Assembly (NCBI GenBank): GCA_051362555.1
Contig: CM120643.1
Coordinates: forward strand, 14,544,644-14,608,643
DNA: 64,000 nucleotides
Direction of reading: 5' to 3'
Source of the DNA: Lingula anatina
Lineage: Eukaryota; Animalia; Brachiopoda
In this document: piece after piece, positions 56,553 to 64,000 of the stretch
Layout: the number at the start of each line of letters is the position of its first letter
Position numbering within the stretch: the first letter of the stretch is position 1
Program-made: the position numbers and the translations under genes
The notes under the pieces: generated by a model
The model's database searches: none
What the model was told of the DNA's origin: nothing
What the model saw: only the letters and a program-made list of their open reading frames with translations

Positions 56553-57825
56553 TAAGGGAGCCCAGGCACTTGACACAGCCAGTTAAACAGATTAATTTTG
56601 ATTGTGTAAGTATATGTTACCCCCAGCCAAAATGGTGTGAAACAGTAAAGTGTAAAGCACTATGTGAATAGGGCCTTAAATATTAGTCAGTTACAAACTT
56701 TAAGACAGACCCATAAAGGGGGGGGGGGGGGGTCCTCTGCACCCTAGGTTTTTTTCTTTCTGCATGCATGTTCAGTAATAAGACAGAATATTGCTTCCTC
56801 CCCCTCTTCCACCCCCTCCCCTTCAGGTGAATATAATAAAAATTGTTCTAGATCTGCCAAAATTCACTGCTGTAAACCATTGGGTAACCTAGTTTGCATT
56901 TGTCTGATCATTCAATGTAAGATGTTGACTTATAAAGAAATGCCCATAAATATTCCTAAAAATTTGAGACCGCAGATTTCTGAAAAATACCTCCCCAGAA
57001 GGATTTTTTTACATTAGGACAAGACAATACTGTTCATTGTAGGAAATTAGCCCAATGGTTTGACTGTGGAGATCCAAAACAATTCTCATCTTCCTGCCTT
57101 CCCATCCCCATCATATCTACTTCAAGTTGCCAAGACAACAACTTTGTGTTAAGAGAAAAATATGTTTCCTGAGAAAAGATTTTTCCATAGAAATCAAGGC
57201 ATACTGCAGTCCCTTAGAAATTCACCTATCCTTAGATATTCATAATAATATATATATACAGTCATAAATTCACCATAGATGTCACGTGCACATATTTTAC
57301 ATCTCTACATGTAGATAAGAGGAACAGTTCCAAAGCAGGGATAAGGGAATGGTCTGTGTTCCTGTCACACACACTTGTTCTCCTTGCATTATTCATCTAC
57401 ACAACAGTTCTCAGTCTGAGGTCTGGTCCATCTCTGCACATGGTTGATAAATATCTGCAATTGCTGGCATGTTTTCTATCATGATATCAATTCAAAATCC
57501 CATCAGTCCTAATTTAAGGCCCCCATCTGTCTTCTTCTGTACATGACTGCTTTCCAACCGATGTATTAAAATTCTTCTCAATGTTGACCTACGTTTAAAA
57601 ATTCAATATGGCCGTCAATAAGTAAAAAAATCCAATGTCTGCCTCATTTTTGGTTTCTCATTATCAAAGAAACTCCACTCCACTCGTAAAAACTCGTGCT
57701 TTTGTGACTACGTCTCGTCACACTCTCATTTCCAGGTTTCCAATGTGACTCAATGCTCCCTATTGTGACTCAACCATCTGTTTGTCCCTGCCATAGTCAA
57801 GAGACCCTCGTTGCCCTGCGCTGTG

Positions 57826-63721
<5,896 letters not shown>

Positions 63722-64000
63722 CTAGAATGAGAAAAGCAAATTCTTGGCATCAGTTTATTAAAACACTAGTTTAGGTGTTAAAAGATAAAAGTTGTAATTT
63801 TTCTTCAATTTATAAAAAGCTAATATTGAAGTTGTGTTTACCTCCAATATTGCCAAATCTTAGCTAGATCGAAAAAATTTCAATAGCTGTTGATTAAAGA
63901 AAAATAACTACTTTATTGTTATGACATAACACAGCTGATGAAATTCTTCTCTGACCTGAGCAGATGTTATTAGATTCAAAGCAACCTGCATGTAAATTCA

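Overview
AT-rich, microsatellite-rich, intron-dense eukaryotic DNA from an invertebrate animal (lophotrochozoan-like by impression; taxon not determinable here). Three protein-coding genes. (1) A + strand gene for a ~2313-aa secreted-type protein: signal peptide, a Ser/Gly/Tyr low-complexity domain, then one 6.4-kb exon of roughly 60 Cys-rich 32-aa galaxin-like repeats (CxxC..CC..CC). (2) A complete 27-coding-exon L-fucose kinase (FCSK/FUK) on the - strand, with a GC-AG intron and a 35-nt exon. (3) The last 8 coding exons of PHAF1 (C16orf70 homolog) on the - strand. A 3.57-kb non-autonomous DNA transposon with 34-bp TIRs, a TSD and an internal 189-bp satellite sits in the probable first intron of FCSK. 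There are also MITEs (Harbinger-type, 5-bp-TSD hAT-like, Tc1/mariner-type), Tc1 and RTE fragments, tRNA-derived units and tandem repeats. The giant Cys-repeat protein is the best candidate for something new. All exon models were read by hand, family assignments are from recalled motifs, and no searches were run.
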